The position numbers and the translations under genes are program-made. Positions 50,288 through 60,331 of a stretch of 64,000 nucleotides of DNA are shown piece after piece. How positions within the stretch are numbered: position 1 is the stretch's first letter; each line of letters opens with the position of its first letter. The stretch comes from an uncultured delta proteobacterium (GTDB lineage: Bacteria; Myxococcota_A; Polyangia; Fen-1088): positions 64,001-128,000 of the forward strand of contig CAVWIP010000002.1 in NCBI GenBank assembly GCA_963755125.1. Direction: 5' to 3'. The notes below the pieces were generated by a model that was given only the letters and a program-made list of their open reading frames with translations, searched no databases and was not told the DNA's origin.

Positions 50288-51667
50288 CTATGGACTGGTC
50301 GCCGTAAAGTTACCGAAGAGAACCCACTGTGGGTAGAAGGTATTGGACTGTCTGTACGGCTGAGTGAAATTGGCCGGCTGCGGTGACATGCCAGTCAGAT
50401 CGATCGTGCGCGGACTGGCGCAAGTGGTTTGTCGGTCGGGACCCCCGCAGTTCTGCTGTGCCAAACAATTCGAGTCATGCAGGGTTAGGGTGATGGTTCC
50501 CCCGCCGGTAACCTTGAAACTGGCTGTGTACTTCATGGGGAAGGTTTCGTGCGCCTCGCAATAGGTGTCCAATCCGTATGTAATCGGTGGGTAAGGGAAC
50601 GCGTTCATGAAATAGACATCCTCGCCCGTGACCAGGGGATTAGCGGCACCTGACCCCGGCACAGCAGGACTGACGTGGATTTCGTAGGTGTTCCACTTGC
50701 TCGGGGCCACCGGCTGGCCGCCCACATACCAACCGTCATTGTTGACCTCGGGATTGGAACTCAACGCGGCGACTTGCGGTGTCCCGCCGGTGTAACATCT
50801 GGTGCCCAGAACGCCGCGCGCCTCGAAGTTGATTGTGTATTGGGTTCCTGCCGTTCCACCCACGGTGAACGGGACACTTCGGAATAGCCCTTGCGTGCTG
50901 TAGTCAGTTGAGGTGGCGTTCGGGCATATGGTGCTGTTGTCCGGGAGCAGTGGGCAATCAAGCCCAGATGGGCTTCCGTTTGAACATGTTCCGATCCACA
51001 TGTATCCAACCAAGTCGGGGACGACGGTGGTCGGGTCGACTGTTGTCCCGCCGCCTGCGCCACCCGTGTTGGTCGTGGTCCCGCCCGTGGTGGTTGTGGT
51101 CCCGCCCGTCTTGGTCGAGCCGCCGGCAGTGGTCGTCCCGCCCGTCTTGGTTGTGCCGCCTGCACTGGTCGTTCCGCCCGCAGTGGTCGAGCCGCCCGTC
51201 TTGGTCGAGCCGCCCGCGCTGCTGGCTGGGCTGGTCGAGCCGCCCGCGCTGCTGGCTGGGCTGGTCGTGCCAGCCACGCCTCCGCCGGTCGGGGTGGAGC
51301 CGCCCGCCCTCGAAGTGCCGCCTGCGCTGGTCGAACCGCCAGGGCTGCTCGTGCTGGCCGGGCTGGTTGCGCCGCCTGGGCTGCTCGTGCTCGCTGGACT
51401 GGTCGAGCCGCCAGGGCCGCTCGTGCTGGCCGGGCTGGTCGCGCCACCCGTGACAGGACTGCTACTGGTTTCTGTGGAGCCGCCGGATCCTATGGCGGTG
51501 GTCCCACCGGAGTTGACGGGTTGGGTGGACCCGCCTCCACTGGTCGAGCCGCCCGTGACCACGGCACCACCTCCAGGCGCACTGCTCCCCGTGTTCGCGG
51601 GGGAACACGACGCCGCGTAGAGCGCTAAGCCGGCGACACAAAGCATACGGAAAGTGGTTCGGGTCAT
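50288..51667 (-). CDS. Gly/Ser/Thr-rich lipoprotein with unknown Cys-containing C-terminal domain
   Basis: Lipobox AASC, ~190-aa low-complexity repeat linker, GAGGAGG RBS. Confidence 0.8.
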   Translation of the reverse strand: MTRTTFRMLCVAGLALYAASCSPANTGSSAPGGGAVVTGGSTSGGGSTQPVNSGGTTAIGSGGSTETSSSPVTGGATSPASTSGPGGSTSPASTSSPGGATSPASTSSPGGSTSAGGTSRAGGSTPTGGGVAGTTSPASSAGGSTSPASSAGGSTKTGGSTTAGGTTSAGGTTKTGGTTTAGGSTKTGGTTTTTGGTTTNTGGAGGGTTVDPTTVVPDLVGYMWIGTCSNGSPSGLDCPLLPDNSTICPNATSTDYSTQGLFRSVPFTVGGTAGTQYTINFEARGVLGTRCYTGGTPQVAALSSNPEVNNDGWYVGGQPVAPSKWNTYEIHVSPAVPGSGAANPLVTGEDVYFMNAFPYPPITYGLDTYCEAHETFPMKYTASFKVTGGGTITLTLHDSNCLAQQNCGGPDRQTTCASPRTIDLTGMSPQPANFTQPYRQSNTFYPQWVLFGNFTATSP

Positions 51668-52074
51668 TTAATGCCTCCTCGGAAACATTGTTCGAGCTTC
51701 GCCGGGTCGAGATCCATGCGACGCCTATTCTCTGCTATGGCTAGTACCAACATACAACGGGCCTCCGATCGGGAGACCGCGGGCATTATACCTCAGAGCC
51801 CTTCCTGATAGTTCGGCTTTTTGCCGAGGCGCGCGGCGATCTTGCGTGGCATGGCTGGGCAGAAGGGCTCAGCGAAAAACAACTGGGCACGTCGATTTTG
51901 AGTACTCGTCGCGACATGTCAGTGTCCGCGGGCGGCCGGTGCAGGGGGTGCGGTGCCGTTGCAATGCGAGTACCATAGTACGGCACTGGGTGCTGTCATG
52001 TGGCCATTTCCGCTGGGAGCGTTCACGTCTGATCTCGGGTCGCGGCCAGTCTCGTGTTCCATGAGGATGGCACG

Positions 52075-54684
52075 ATGCCGAGTCCGCTGACCATCCTGCT
52101 CATAGCGATCGCGGGGGTCTTTTGCCTCAACGGGTTGACCTACGTGCTGTCGCTGGCGGGCCAGCGGAAGGATCCGCTCAAGGCCCTCTTCGGCATTCTG
52201 TGCCTGCTGGGCAGCGGCTACGCCTTGGCATGCCTGGCGGAGTACCGCGCGGTCAACGTGGCTGCGTGCCTGCGCGCGGCGAAGTGGCAGAGCGTTTTCT
52301 CGTGCTCGATCCTGATGGTGGTGCCCTGGTTCGTTGGCCTCTATTCCAATTTTCGGCCCAGGCGGTTTCTTGTCGCTCTGTCCACTGCTTTCTTCATTCT
52401 TGGGACCGCAGACCTTCTCTCGGATCACGGGATTGTTTACTCGGAGATCACCGGGGTGGTCCACCACGAAACACCCTGGGGGGAAGAGCTTGCCGCGCTC
52501 GCCGGCAAGGTTTCGTCGGTCGCCTACCTGGCGTACGCGATCGATCTGGTTACCATAGGGTTCTGTGCCCTGTGCGGCGTGCGGCTGCTGCGGCGCGGGG
52601 ATCGGAGCCGGGCATGGCGCCTGCTGGGTCTGGTGGGCTTCGCGGCCGTGACTTTTGTTAACGACACCTTTCTCGATGCGGGCCGGATCCGCAGCATGTA
52701 CCTGGAGGAGTACGTGATCTTCGCGTTCCTCGTGGTCATCGGCACCTGGCTGGGCGCCCGCCGCATGCGCGCCGAGGGAAACTACCAGACTCTCTTTCAC
52801 GCCGTGAGCGACGCCATCACGGTCCACGACGCCCGCACCGGCCAGGTTCTCGACGCCAATGAAAGCGCAGCCCGCCTGTATCGCACGACCCGCGCCGATC
52901 TGCTGGCCGGCGATCCGGGCCGGCTGGCCGCAGGTGTGGCTCCCTACTTGCCCGCGGCGGCCGTCCATCGAATTCGCCGCGCTGCCAGCGAAGGTCCCGC
53001 GACCTTCGAGTGGTTCAGCCGGCACGTCGACGATGGCTCCCTGTTCTGGACCGAGGTGGCGCTGCGCTCGGAGGTGATCGACGGGCGCCCGGTGGTTCTC
53101 GCCGCTGCGCGCGACATCAGCGCGCGCAAGCGGGCCCAGGACGCCTTGCGAGACAGCGAATCCCGCTACCGCGCCATGGTGGAAAGTTTCGACGGGCTGA
53201 TCTACATCTGCTCGGCCGACCGCAAGATCGAGTTCATGAACGCCAATTCGATCGAGCGCACGGGACGCAACGCCATCGGCGAGTCCTGCCACAAGGTGGT
53301 GCACGGCCGCGACGAGCCGTGTCCCTGGTGCGCAAGCGATCGGGTGCAGCAGGGCGAGACCGTGCGCTGGCAGATGCAAAGTCCGAAAGACAACCGCTGG
53401 TACGACGTGGTCAACACGCCCATCCAGCGCGCCGACGGAAGCATTTCCAAGCAGGGGATGCTCACCGACATCACCGAGCAGAAGAAAGCCGAGGAAGACC
53501 AGCGCCGGCTCGAGACACAGATGCAGCAGATGCAGAAGCTGGAGAGCCTGGGGTTGCTGGCCGGCGGGGTGGCGCACGACTTCAACAACCTGCTCACCGC
53601 GGTGCTGGGTAACACCGAACTGGCGCTCAAGGATCTACCCGCCTCGGCCCCGTCGCGAGAGCCCCTGGGCGAGATCCGCACCATCGCCTGCCGGGCTGCG
53701 GACTTGTGCCGGCAGCTCTTGGCCTATTCGGGTGGTGGAGGCTTCTTGAACGAACCGATCGCGCCCCGCCGCATCGTCGAGGAGATCTCCCGCATCCTGG
53801 AGGTGTCGGTGGCGGCCAAGGTGCGCCTGGTCTTCCGCTTCGCCGAGGATGTGCCCCTGATCGCGGGTGATCCGACCCAGATCCGGCAGGTGGTGATGAA
53901 CCTGATCACCAATGCCTCCGAGGCCATCGGCGACCACGAGGGCGCGATCACGCTTAGCCTGAGCAAACGTCAGATCGAGCGCGGCGTCTTGCGCGACTTC
54001 GTGCCCCATGCCGACCTGCCCGAGGGAAGCTATGTCGAGCTGACGGTGACCGATACTGGCTGTGGCATGGACGAGGCCACGCGCGGCCGCGTGTTCGAGC
54101 CGTTCTTCTCCACCAAGTTCACCGGGCGCGGGCTGGGCATGGCGGCAGTGCTGGGCATCGTGCGCGGTCACAAGGGCGCCATCCACATCGCGAGCGAGCC
54201 AGGCAAGGGCACGACCGTGACGGTGCTTTTGCCCGCGGCTGCTCCGGAAGTCAGCCTTGCCGTCGAGAGAACCCCGAGCGGCCCCACGGCACGAACCGCG
54301 AATGCCGCGGTGCTGGTGGTGGACGACAATGCGCGCGTGCTGCAGGCGGTTTCACAACTGGTCGAGGCGCTGGGCTACCCCGTGATGACCGCTGCCAGTG
54401 GCCAGGAAGCGCTGCGCGTGTTTGGCGAGCATCACCCGCACATCGGGTGCGTGCTGCTCGACCTCACCATGCCCGACATGGACGGGCTGGAAACCATGCA
54501 GGCTCTGCGCGCCCTCGACCCCAAGGCCACGATTGTGCTGTCGAGCGGATACAGCGAGCAGTCGGTGCGGCGTCGCGTAGGTGCGGACGGACCTACCCAC
54601 TTCCTGCAGAAGCCGTTTGTCGAAGACGATCTCAAGGCCGTGATCGAGTCAGCCCTGCGCACCAGCGGCGGCGGGAGCGGATGA
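52075..54684 (+). CDS. Hybrid sensor histidine kinase (multi-TM, 2 PAS, HisKA, HATPase, REC)
   Basis: AGGVAHDFNNLL, NLITNA, DTGCGM, FEPFFSTK..GRGLG, LLDLTMP, FLQKPF. Confidence 0.95.
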   Translation: MPSPLTILLIAIAGVFCLNGLTYVLSLAGQRKDPLKALFGILCLLGSGYALACLAEYRAVNVAACLRAAKWQSVFSCSILMVVPWFVGLYSNFRPRRFLVALSTAFFILGTADLLSDHGIVYSEITGVVHHETPWGEELAALAGKVSSVAYLAYAIDLVTIGFCALCGVRLLRRGDRSRAWRLLGLVGFAAVTFVNDTFLDAGRIRSMYLEEYVIFAFLVVIGTWLGARRMRAEGNYQTLFHAVSDAITVHDARTGQVLDANESAARLYRTTRADLLAGDPGRLAAGVAPYLPAAAVHRIRRAASEGPATFEWFSRHVDDGSLFWTEVALRSEVIDGRPVVLAAARDISARKRAQDALRDSESRYRAMVESFDGLIYICSADRKIEFMNANSIERTGRNAIGESCHKVVHGRDEPCPWCASDRVQQGETVRWQMQSPKDNRWYDVVNTPIQRADGSISKQGMLTDITEQKKAEEDQRRLETQMQQMQKLESLGLLAGGVAHDFNNLLTAVLGNTELALKDLPASAPSREPLGEIRTIACRAADLCRQLLAYSGGGGFLNEPIAPRRIVEEISRILEVSVAAKVRLVFRFAEDVPLIAGDPTQIRQVVMNLITNASEAIGDHEGAITLSLSKRQIERGVLRDFVPHADLPEGSYVELTVTDTGCGMDEATRGRVFEPFFSTKFTGRGLGMAAVLGIVRGHKGAIHIASEPGKGTTVTVLLPAAAPEVSLAVERTPSGPTARTANAAVLVVDDNARVLQAVSQLVEALGYPVMTAASGQEALRVFGEHHPHIGCVLLDLTMPDMDGLETMQALRALDPKATIVLSSGYSEQSVRRRVGADGPTHFLQKPFVEDDLKAVIESALRTSGGGSG

Positions 54685-54708
54685 CGTGATAACAGTGAAA
54701 TACTCCAC

Positions 54709-56100
54709 GTGACGGCCGCGCGCCCCCCTTCTGTCCTGGTAATCGGTCTCGACTGTCTCGCCCCGGATCTGGTCTTCCATCGCTACCGCGAGCAGTTGCC
54801 GACCTTCGCTGCGCTCATGCAGCAGGGAGCCTGGGGTCCGCTGCGCAGCGCGGATCCGCCTATCACGATTCCGGCGTGGACCTGCATGATGACCGGGGTG
54901 CCAGCCTCGCGCCTGGGACTGTATGGGTTTCGCCATCGACGATTGGGCAGCTACGGGGACAAATACCTGGCCAATGCCACACACGTGCGCGTGCCGCGGG
55001 TGTGGGACGTGCTTTCGCGCGCGGGCCATTCGGTGGGCGTGCTTGGCACTCCCCAGACCTGGCCGCCCGCGCCGGTCAATGGATTCCTGGTCAGCGACGC
55101 GCCCACGGCCGGGAGCAACGCTTTCACTTTTCCCGCCGAATTGGAACCCGAGATCGAGCGCGCCGTGGGCCACTATCAATTCGACGTGGAGGGATTCCGC
55201 ATGGCGGATCCGGATCGAGTGCTTCACGCCATCAGCGGCATCACCCGCCAGCGGTTCGATCTATTTCGCGCGCTCTGCACTTCGCGCGGGGGCGACTTTT
55301 TGATGATGGTGGACATGGGGCCGGATCGCGTGCACCACCTCTTCTATCGTCATTGCGATCCGGCCCATCCACGCCACCGGCCCGGTCACCGCCACCGGGA
55401 CGCTGTGCTTGACTACTATCGGCTGCTCGATGCCGAGCTGGCGCGCACGCTGCAGCTCGCGCCTGCCGACTGCCACGTGCTGGTGGTTTCCGACCACGGC
55501 GCCCAGCCCATGCTGGGCGGGTTCTGCCTCAACGACTGGCTGATCGCGCGCGGCTGGCTGCGGCTCAAGAATCCCGCTTCGTCGGTGCGCGACTTTCACG
55601 AGGGCCTGGTCGACTGGCCCCAGACGCGCGCCTGGGCCTGGGGCGGGCACTGTGGCCGCATCTTCCTCAATCTGCGCGGGCGCGAGCCCGAGGGCACGGT
55701 GGCGCCTGACCAGGCAAGCGTCTTGTTGCAAGAGATCGCGCGGGCCTTGGAGGCAGAGCAGGATTCCAGCGGCCGTCCCATGGGCAACCGCGTGCTGCGC
55801 ATGGGCGGGCCAGAGCTGCCCGACCCGACCGGGGATCACCCCGAGCTTCTCGTCTACCTGGGCGAGATGCGCTGGCGTGCCCTTGGATCGATTGGGCACG
55901 CCGGCTTCTTTCAACAGGACAACGACACGGGTGCCGACGATGCCAGCCATCACCCGATGGGCGTGTTCATCCATCGCGGGCCCGGCCGGCCGCAGGGCTA
56001 CCGCGCGGACCTGCGCATTCTCGACATCGCCCCGACCATCCTGTCGTGGTTCAATCTGTCGCCCGTCGATGGCTGCGACGGCCGCGTGCTGGATTTGTGA
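54709..56100 (+). CDS. Alkaline phosphatase superfamily, type I phosphodiesterase/nucleotide pyrophosphatase
   Basis: VIGLDC, PPITIPAW..MMTG, DRVHH, VVSDHG, GREPEG, DIAPTIL. Confidence 0.9.
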   Translation: MTAARPPSVLVIGLDCLAPDLVFHRYREQLPTFAALMQQGAWGPLRSADPPITIPAWTCMMTGVPASRLGLYGFRHRRLGSYGDKYLANATHVRVPRVWDVLSRAGHSVGVLGTPQTWPPAPVNGFLVSDAPTAGSNAFTFPAELEPEIERAVGHYQFDVEGFRMADPDRVLHAISGITRQRFDLFRALCTSRGGDFLMMVDMGPDRVHHLFYRHCDPAHPRHRPGHRHRDAVLDYYRLLDAELARTLQLAPADCHVLVVSDHGAQPMLGGFCLNDWLIARGWLRLKNPASSVRDFHEGLVDWPQTRAWAWGGHCGRIFLNLRGREPEGTVAPDQASVLLQEIARALEAEQDSSGRPMGNRVLRMGGPELPDPTGDHPELLVYLGEMRWRALGSIGHAGFFQQDNDTGADDASHHPMGVFIHRGPGRPQGYRADLRILDIAPTILSWFNLSPVDGCDGRVLDL

Positions 56101-57318
56101 TCAATCGATGTAGCCGAGGGCACGCAATCGCGCATCGGCTCCGTCCTCGGTCACGCAAAACGCGCGGGCCTGCTCTTGTTCCAGAGTCTGCCATCCCTGG
56201 TCCGGCTCGCCCAAGCCGCGCGGCAGGGGATGCTGTTCACCGGGATCCGCCTGCAAGTCGAAGACGCGCATGGCACCCGGCTGCCACAGGTACTTCCAGC
56301 GTCGGCCGCGCAGGGCAAAAGCCGTCCACAGTTCGGCGGGGGAGCGCGGCGCCGGCCGGGGCGTGGAAAGAAAATCGTCGGAGGCAAAGGCCTGAGTTTC
56401 TTCTGCGGCCAGCGGCGTTCCTTGCCTGAAGGCTGAAGCCAAGGAGACGCCGTCGGCATCGGAAGCAAGGGCGTCCCTCGCGCCCAGGATTTCGGCAAGC
56501 GTCGGTGCCAGGTCAACTGTGCGGGCCAGGCCATCCACACAACCGCGGTGCAACCAGGCCGGTCCCCAGGCCAGCAGAGGCACCCGCAACGACTCGTCGT
56601 AGAGTGCATTGCCGTGCAGATCGAAGACCGTCTCGGGCGGGCGGCCCTGGCGCTCGCCCCAGGTCTCGCCGTGGTCTGCGGTCACCACCACGAGAAACCC
56701 GTCGCTGGCGTGGCAGGCGATGGCGTCAGCCAGCCGTGGCAGGAACAGTTCGCTGAAGCGCTCGACCGCGCGCTGATAGAGCGCGCGTAGCTTGGGCAGC
56801 ACCACCGCGGGGTTTTTGCGTCCGGCCGCGAGTATCTGCGAGCAGATGTCACCCCACGCGCCGACGCTCAGCGGCCGATCGAGGTAAGGAAGATGGGTGC
56901 CCCAGTAGTGCACGAAGGTCAGCAGATTCCGCTCGTGCGTGTTGCGCAGAAAACTGCAGACGGCGTCGAAGTCCTGCGACGAGCCCAGCACGTTGGCCTC
57001 GGGAACCGCGGAGAACAGGTAGCGCGGATGAAACACGAAACTGGCCACCCGCGCGCCGGCCTGTGCCGCGGCCGAAAACACCGTCGGAAAACGCGCAAGG
57101 ATGGGATGTTCCCAGCGGAACACGCCCAGCCGGTGCGGGTACACGCCGGTGACCAGCGCCGCCATCGAGGGCACGGTCCAGGGCGCCGAGGTGAAGACGG
57201 AGCAGAAGCTGGTGCCTTCGGCGGCCATGCGATCGAGAAATGGCGTCGCGCACGGGCCGCCGGCGTGGCCGAGGACATCGGCGCGCAATGAGTCCGCCAC
57301 CACCACCACGATTCTCAC
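56101..57318 (-). CDS. Sulfatase-like hydrolase/transferase
   Basis: VADSLRAD, APWTVPS, HLPY, TADHGE, LRVPL, DLAPTL, DL..DPGE, RLRALGY; GTG overlaps the rSAM stop. Confidence 0.88.
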   Translation of the reverse strand: MRIVVVVADSLRADVLGHAGGPCATPFLDRMAAEGTSFCSVFTSAPWTVPSMAALVTGVYPHRLGVFRWEHPILARFPTVFSAAAQAGARVASFVFHPRYLFSAVPEANVLGSSQDFDAVCSFLRNTHERNLLTFVHYWGTHLPYLDRPLSVGAWGDICSQILAAGRKNPAVVLPKLRALYQRAVERFSELFLPRLADAIACHASDGFLVVVTADHGETWGERQGRPPETVFDLHGNALYDESLRVPLLAWGPAWLHRGCVDGLARTVDLAPTLAEILGARDALASDADGVSLASAFRQGTPLAAEETQAFASDDFLSTPRPAPRSPAELWTAFALRGRRWKYLWQPGAMRVFDLQADPGEQHPLPRGLGEPDQGWQTLEQEQARAFCVTEDGADARLRALGYID

Positions 57319-58358
57319 GGGGGGCCTGCTTCCTCCTGCGCGGCGATTCGCGCGCAGTATGGATTTTCGCCCAGACCGCGGCCGGCCGCGTGGGCCAGGG
57401 TCTTGCAGCCCCCGCGGCACAGGCGCACAAAGCCGCAGTCACGACAGGGGCCGGTGGCTTCTTCAGGTGCAAAGTGCCGGTTGTAGGCGAATCCATTTTC
57501 GTCTTGCCAGATCGCGCGCAGGGATCGCTGCCGCAGATTGCCCTCGTCGAATGCCGGCGGCATCGACAGGCAACCGCGAACCGTTCCGTCGCTGGTCAGT
57601 CCCATCACGCGCAGGCCCGCCTGGCAGCCGCGGAAGGCGCGGTCGGTGGGCCGCACCACCGAGCGCAGCGCGGGCTCGCAAGGCAGCATCCACCCGATGT
57701 TGTCGGCGCCGTAGCGAGGCAGTCGGTCGGGGCGCGAGTGGTCGGTGATGAAATCGATCACGCGACGGACCTGCGACGGCTCGATGGCCAGGTCACGACC
57801 GCAGCGACCGATGGGCATGGTGAGCTGGAGCTGCCAGGCGCCGAAGCCGCCCTCGCGCAGAGCCGACTCGATGGCGGGCAAGAGATCGAGGTTGGGCCGG
57901 CAAACCTGGGTCACTGCGCCCACGCGGATGCCCTCGGCGCGCAGCACCCGCGCGGCAGCCATGACCCGGCCGAAGGCGCCAGGGACGCCGCGCAGTCGAT
58001 CGTGCACCGGCGCATCGCCGTCCACGCTGAGGCTGACGCTGCGGATTCCGGACTGCGCGATGCGAGCGGCTTTTGTCGCGTCCAGCCCCAGGCCATTCGA
58101 GATCATCTCGACCACCAGGCCGTGGCCGCGCAGGGCCGAAACGATTTCTGGCCAGTCGGCGCGCAGGAGCGGCTCGCCGCCCGACAAAGTCACCTCGCGC
58201 ACGCCCAGTTCCGCCATGGCCGCGCAGGCAGCGAGAGCCTCGTCGGTGGAAAGTTCGTCGGGCCGCGCCGGGCCAGCCCAGGAGCCACAGTGCACGCAGG
58301 CCGCGTTGCAGGCCAGGGTCACTTCCCATACGCAGATCCGTGGCGCGGACGGGACCAT
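57315..58358 (-). CDS. Radical SAM/SPASM protein (second of pair)
   Basis: WEVTLACNAACVHC, SGGEPL, SVDG, GCQAG...GC...CRDC...CRGGC...NPYC. Confidence 0.92.
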   Translation of the reverse strand: MVPSAPRICVWEVTLACNAACVHCGSWAGPARPDELSTDEALAACAAMAELGVREVTLSGGEPLLRADWPEIVSALRGHGLVVEMISNGLGLDATKAARIAQSGIRSVSLSVDGDAPVHDRLRGVPGAFGRVMAAARVLRAEGIRVGAVTQVCRPNLDLLPAIESALREGGFGAWQLQLTMPIGRCGRDLAIEPSQVRRVIDFITDHSRPDRLPRYGADNIGWMLPCEPALRSVVRPTDRAFRGCQAGLRVMGLTSDGTVRGCLSMPPAFDEGNLRQRSLRAIWQDENGFAYNRHFAPEEATGPCRDCGFVRLCRGGCKTLAHAAGRGLGENPYCARIAAQEEAGPP

Positions 58359-59428
58359 CACGCCGGTGCCTTCATGTTGAGGACCCGGTGCAGGCAGTAG
58401 GGGTTCTCGTGGATGGATCCGGTCACCGAGTAGGCGAGACAGGTGCAGCCGGCTCGACACACGCGGCGATAGGGGCAGGCCGCGCACGCGCCGGTCAGGC
58501 TGCTCTCTTGCCAATCGGTGTTGTAGGCGAAGCGCGATTCGTCGGCCCAGATTTCGGCCAGGGGCCGCTGGCGCAAATTGCCGGCGGTAAATTCCCGCGG
58601 CAGGCACGAGCAACCCTTGACGTCGCCGTTGCTCTCGATGCCCAGGGTGAGCACGCCGGCGTAGCAGCCGGTCCACACCCCGTTGCTTCCGCGCAGGACA
58701 GGTTCACAGGACGTGTAGTAGCCGATGGTGTCGGTGACTCGGATGAGCGGGCGCGGGCTCGACTGGATGAGCTGGGCAAGGTGCTCGGCCAGCGCCGGAA
58801 GCTGCGTCGGCTGGATCATGTAGGGAGTCTCGATCTCGCGCAGTCGGCCGAGCGGCAGCCCGAGTTGCACCTGCCACATATCGGCGTCCAGTTCGCGCAA
58901 GAGCGCGTGCACTCCGGCCAGTTCCTCGAAATTCCAGCGGCTGACGTGGGTGATGACCGCGAGCGCCAGCTTGGCTCGCTTGACTTGCCGGGCGGCCGAG
59001 ACCACGGCATCAAACGCCGAGTCGCCGCCGCGCCAGACGCGCACGCGGTCGTGCGTGGCGCGCAGTCCGTCGAGCGAAAGCGCGAAGCCCGTGACACCGT
59101 GGTCGGCCGCGCGGCTCACCAGATCAGCGTCCACCAGCGAGCCGTTGCTGATCAGGCTCACGCGGATCTTTCGCGCGGCCAGGCGCTGGCAGATCTGCGG
59201 CCAGTCCTTGCGCAAGAGAGGCTCGCCGCCCGAGACGTTGCACTGCTCGCATCCGATCTCCGCGAGGGCGTCGCACACCGACAGGGCCTCGTCAGGGGAA
59301 AGCTCGTCGCCGCGCCGGGCGCCTGCGGACAGCTCACAGTGCAGGCAGCGGAAGTTGCAGGCCGTCGTGATCTCCCAGATCACGATGCGCGGAAACCGCC
59401 GGATGGCCCGCAGGGCGATGGGCCTCAT
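58358..59428 (-). CDS. Radical SAM/SPASM protein (first of pair)
   Basis: WEITTACNFRCLHC, SGGEPL, SLDG, GCYAG...GC...CAAC...CRAGC...NPYC. Confidence 0.93.
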   Translation of the reverse strand: MRPIALRAIRRFPRIVIWEITTACNFRCLHCELSAGARRGDELSPDEALSVCDALAEIGCEQCNVSGGEPLLRKDWPQICQRLAARKIRVSLISNGSLVDADLVSRAADHGVTGFALSLDGLRATHDRVRVWRGGDSAFDAVVSAARQVKRAKLALAVITHVSRWNFEELAGVHALLRELDADMWQVQLGLPLGRLREIETPYMIQPTQLPALAEHLAQLIQSSPRPLIRVTDTIGYYTSCEPVLRGSNGVWTGCYAGVLTLGIESNGDVKGCSCLPREFTAGNLRQRPLAEIWADESRFAYNTDWQESSLTGACAACPYRRVCRAGCTCLAYSVTGSIHENPYCLHRVLNMKAPA

Positions 59429-59449
59429 CGAGCGATCACCGGCCGGGCC

Positions 59450-60265
59450 TCACACAATCTTCTCAGTCGGGAAGGTAACACCTTTGTAGAGCGCCATCGG
59501 CTTGTCGACTTGGCGGTCGACTGGGGTATCGGCAACCGAGGCTTCCAGCCTGGCCGCGATGTCCTCGGGCGTGCCGTCGCGGAACAGGTCCATCAAGGCG
59601 TCGCCCGAAATCGAGTCCGATGATCCGTCGGTCGTCGCGTCCGCCGGGCTCGCGGCCGCATCGCCCGCAGCGTCCAGTTCAGTCACAGCCGCATCGGGTG
59701 TCGAGCCCGGCGCCACGTCGGGCGTCGAGCTTGGCGCTGAATCCGGCGCCAGACTTGTCGCCGTGTCGGGTGTCGGGGCCTTGTCAGTCAACTGGATCGC
59801 ATCGGCAGCCGTGGTGGGCGCGTCTGCTCCGCCGTCGGCGCGCGAGGTGGACGACGAGCAGCCCAGCGAGAAGCCCGCGGCCAGCAGCGCGATGCAAGCG
59901 AGCACGCTCGCGCTTTTTCCCACCGAGAAGCGGCGCATGGCCCCGGCAGCCGGCGTCTCGACACTGGCGCGCATGGCCCGCCGCAATTCGGCCACCAGCT
60001 CATTCACGCGCGACTGCGACAGGATCTCCGCGTCGGGCGCGGCCAGCACGCCACACGCGTCGGCCTGGATGGAATCGAGCAACGCGGCCAGATCCTCCCA
60101 CAGTCCTGCTTGTTCGCGCCGTTCGAAGAGCAAGCGGTAGAGGCGGTCCATCACCTCTTCCACGCTGGACCAAGGCGCCACCGCCTGGCCCGAGCGAGCG
60201 AGAAAGAGCCGGAGCTTCTGCGTGACCGTGAGTTCCATCGCCTTCGTCATCTTGCCCTCCAACAC
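59450..60265 (-). CDS. Hypothetical protein with internal lipoprotein-like signal and Asp/Ala/Pro-rich linker
   Basis: ~115-aa helical N-terminus, then MRRFSVGK + hydrophobic stretch + LGC, low-complexity linker, C-terminal ALYKGVTFP. Confidence 0.75.
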   Translation of the reverse strand: MLEGKMTKAMELTVTQKLRLFLARSGQAVAPWSSVEEVMDRLYRLLFERREQAGLWEDLAALLDSIQADACGVLAAPDAEILSQSRVNELVAELRRAMRASVETPAAGAMRRFSVGKSASVLACIALLAAGFSLGCSSSTSRADGGADAPTTAADAIQLTDKAPTPDTATSLAPDSAPSSTPDVAPGSTPDAAVTELDAAGDAAASPADATTDGSSDSISGDALMDLFRDGTPEDIAARLEASVADTPVDRQVDKPMALYKGVTFPTEKIV

Positions 60266-60331
60266 GTGACGCTACCACGACCACGAAAATCTGGGCAGCG
60301 GGTCAGCCCGGTCGTGTGACGGGCGTCACAC

